Source of the DNA: the human T2T-CHM13v2.0 reference genome, Homo sapiens
Length of the DNA stretch: 64,000 bases
Direction: 5' to 3' (one strand)
Assembly (NCBI RefSeq): GCF_009914755.1
Contig: NC_060936.1
A program made the translations under genes and the position numbers. The notes under the pieces are model-generated. The model ran no database searches. It had not been told where the DNA came from and saw nothing but the letters and a program-made list of their open reading frames with translations. Below, piece after piece: positions 61,908 to 64,000 of this stretch (position 1 is its first letter; every line of letters begins with the position of its first letter).

Positions 61908-62783
61908 ATGCCCTGTATCCAAGCCCAATATGGGACACCAGCACCGAGTCCGGGACCCCGTGACCACCTGGCAAGCGACCCCCTGACCCCTGAGTTCATC
62001 AAGCCCACCATGGACCTGGCCAGCCCCGAGGCAGCCCCCGCTGCCCCCACTGCCCTGCCCAGCTTCAGCACCTTCATGGACGGCTACACAGGAGAGTTTG
62101 ACACCTTCCTCTACCAGCTGCCAGGAACAGTCCAGCCATGCTCCTCAGCCTCCTCCTCGGCCTCCTCCACATCCTCGTCCTCAGCCACCTCCCCTGCCTC
62201 TGCCTCCTTCAAGTTCGAGGACTTCCAGGTGTACGGCTGCTACCCCGGCCCCCTGAGCGGCCCAGTGGATGAGGCCCTGTCCTCCAGTGGCTCTGACTAC
62301 TATGGCAGCCCCTGCTCGGCCCCGTCGCCCTCCACGCCCAGCTTCCAGCCGCCCCAGCTCTCTCCCTGGGATGGCTCCTTCGGCCACTTCTCGCCCAGCC
62401 AGACTTACGAAGGCCTGCGGGCATGGACAGAGCAGCTGCCCAAAGCCTCTGGGCCCCCACAGCCTCCAGCCTTCTTTTCCTTCAGTCCTCCCACCGGCCC
62501 CAGCCCCAGCCTGGCCCAGAGCCCCCTGAAGTTGTTCCCCTCACAGGCCACCCACCAGCTGGGGGAGGGAGAGAGCTATTCCATGCCTACGGCCTTCCCA
62601 GGTTTGGCACCCACTTCTCCACACCTTGAGGGCTCGGGGATACTGGATACACCCGTGACCTCAACCAAGGCCCGGAGCGGGGCCCCAGGTGGAAGTGAAG
62701 GCCGCTGTGCTGTGTGTGGGGACAACGCTTCATGCCAGCATTATGGTGTCCGCACATGTGAGGGCTGCAAGGGCTTCTTCAAG
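61908..62783 (+). CDS. NR4A1: Nur77/NGFI-B first main coding exon (AF-1 domain and first zinc finger)
   Basis: Acceptor CTCTCCAG| at 61905; [11 protein letters not shown]...[26 protein letters not shown]; donor AAG|GTACCG. Confidence 0.98.
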
Positions 62784-63608
62784 GTACCGCGCAGCCCCAG
62801 GTGGGGCCTTTTGTTGGAAATGGAGAGAGGCTGGCCTCATCCCATTGGGACCTGTGGTCTCCCCCTGGGTTCTCCTCCTAGCTAAGTCCTGTCCTGCAGG
62901 GTGGGATCAGCCCTGCCAGGTGGGCCGCCTTCCTGGAGACCCGTAGATGCCAGGGCTGGAAGCTTTCATTTGCCGGGACACTCGGGCCCATGGGATTGCA
63001 CAGAGCTGGAGGGAGGGGTGAGATAGGGGCAGATAGGAGCTGCAGGGGTGCCTGGCGAGCCTCTGGTTTTCCTCTGCTCCTCTGCCTGTCCTCTCCCAAC
63101 TCAAGGTTCTAGTGGGAAGGGGTGCCCCCAGGCTCTCATGTTCCTGGCGTGAGATGAAAGGATCCCTGCGGAGGGTTTGGTTCTTGAGGGCTGGGGGTGG
63201 ACTTGGGAACAGGCTGTGTGTTTGTCCCAGCGATGGTGCCTGCTTAGCTTCCCGTCCCCACCCCCCAGCCCCTTGGCCCTCTCCTGTCTGCCCTAGGGAG
63301 AAGGCAGGTGGACAAGGGCCCATGAAAAAATACAGGTGTCTAGACTGCCAGGGAGACCCTGGCCCCCAGTAGTGTGTCCTGGGGACTTCCTCAGAGCGAG
63401 AAACCTCCCCCAATGTCTTCAAGACTTTTCTCTCCCCCCGCCCAACCCCGTCTCTCCCTCCCTTGCCACCCAAATGTTAGAAAAATAGCTGTGAACAGAG
63501 AGCGCTTTTGTCTGCAATGGCAGCAGGATCTGGACGGTCCCCTCCCCTAAGTTCCCCCCTCCCCACCCCACACTCTGACAGCTTGTTCCGTGTTGCCCCC
63601 CCACCCAG

Positions 63609-63738
63609 CGCACAGTGCAGAAAAACGCCAAGTACATCTGCCTGGCTAACAAGGACTGCCCTGTGGACAAGAGGCGGCGAAACCGCTGCCAGTTCTGCCG
63701 CTTCCAGAAGTGCCTGGCGGTGGGCATGGTGAAGGAAG
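63609..63738 (+). CDS. NR4A1: Nur77 second zinc-finger exon
   Basis: CCCAG| acceptor; [43 protein letters not shown]; donor AAG|GTGTGT. Confidence 0.97.
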
Positions 63739-64000
63739 GTGTGTGGCTGGGGTGCGGCCCAGCGGGGCAAGGGTAGGCTTGAGTGGAGTGGGACCAGCAG
63801 GGCCCCCAGGCTTCTGCCCTGGAGGACCCAGAGGAGGGCACGTCTTATTTCCACCCCACCTCTGAACCCCAGGCCTTGGAGGGAGGCAGCCTACACCTGC
63901 CTGGATTGTGAGGGTGGTGGCAGGGGGAGGTTCCTATAGGGTACCTTGGATCTCAGGGACTCTGGGTCCTAGGGACTCGGTGGGGCGCGTCTCAGCAGTG

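Overview
Human (primate, Alu-rich) genomic DNA that I recognise as the ACVR1B - TAMALIN/GRASP - NR4A1 locus (12q13), with all three genes on the + strand. The window holds (i) the last coding exon and ~3 kb 3'UTR of ACVR1B; (ii) the complete 8-exon TAMALIN/GRASP gene, whose exons join by hand into 1188 nt = 395 aa + stop; (iii) ~30 kb of NR4A1 upstream region with several CpG islands, candidate alternative first exons and in-frame N-terminal extension exons, followed by the canonical MEF2/CRE/CArG promoter, non-coding exon 1, a non-coding cassette exon and the first two coding exons. The gene continues past the window. Intergenic and intronic space is filled with Alu, MIR, L2, L1, MaLR/ERVL LTR and DNA-transposon relics, and almost all other ORFs in the track are Alu- or GC-artefacts. 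The most interesting signal is a possible coupled splicing/translation-initiation switch in NR4A1. A recursive-splice-like cassette exon supplies the -3 Kozak base of the main ATG, which is followed by a strong out-of-frame 18-codon ORF and an optimal-context Met35. A set of phase-1 upstream exons could add N-terminal extensions. Repeat subfamily calls and isoform identities are from pattern recognition and memory, not from database searches.
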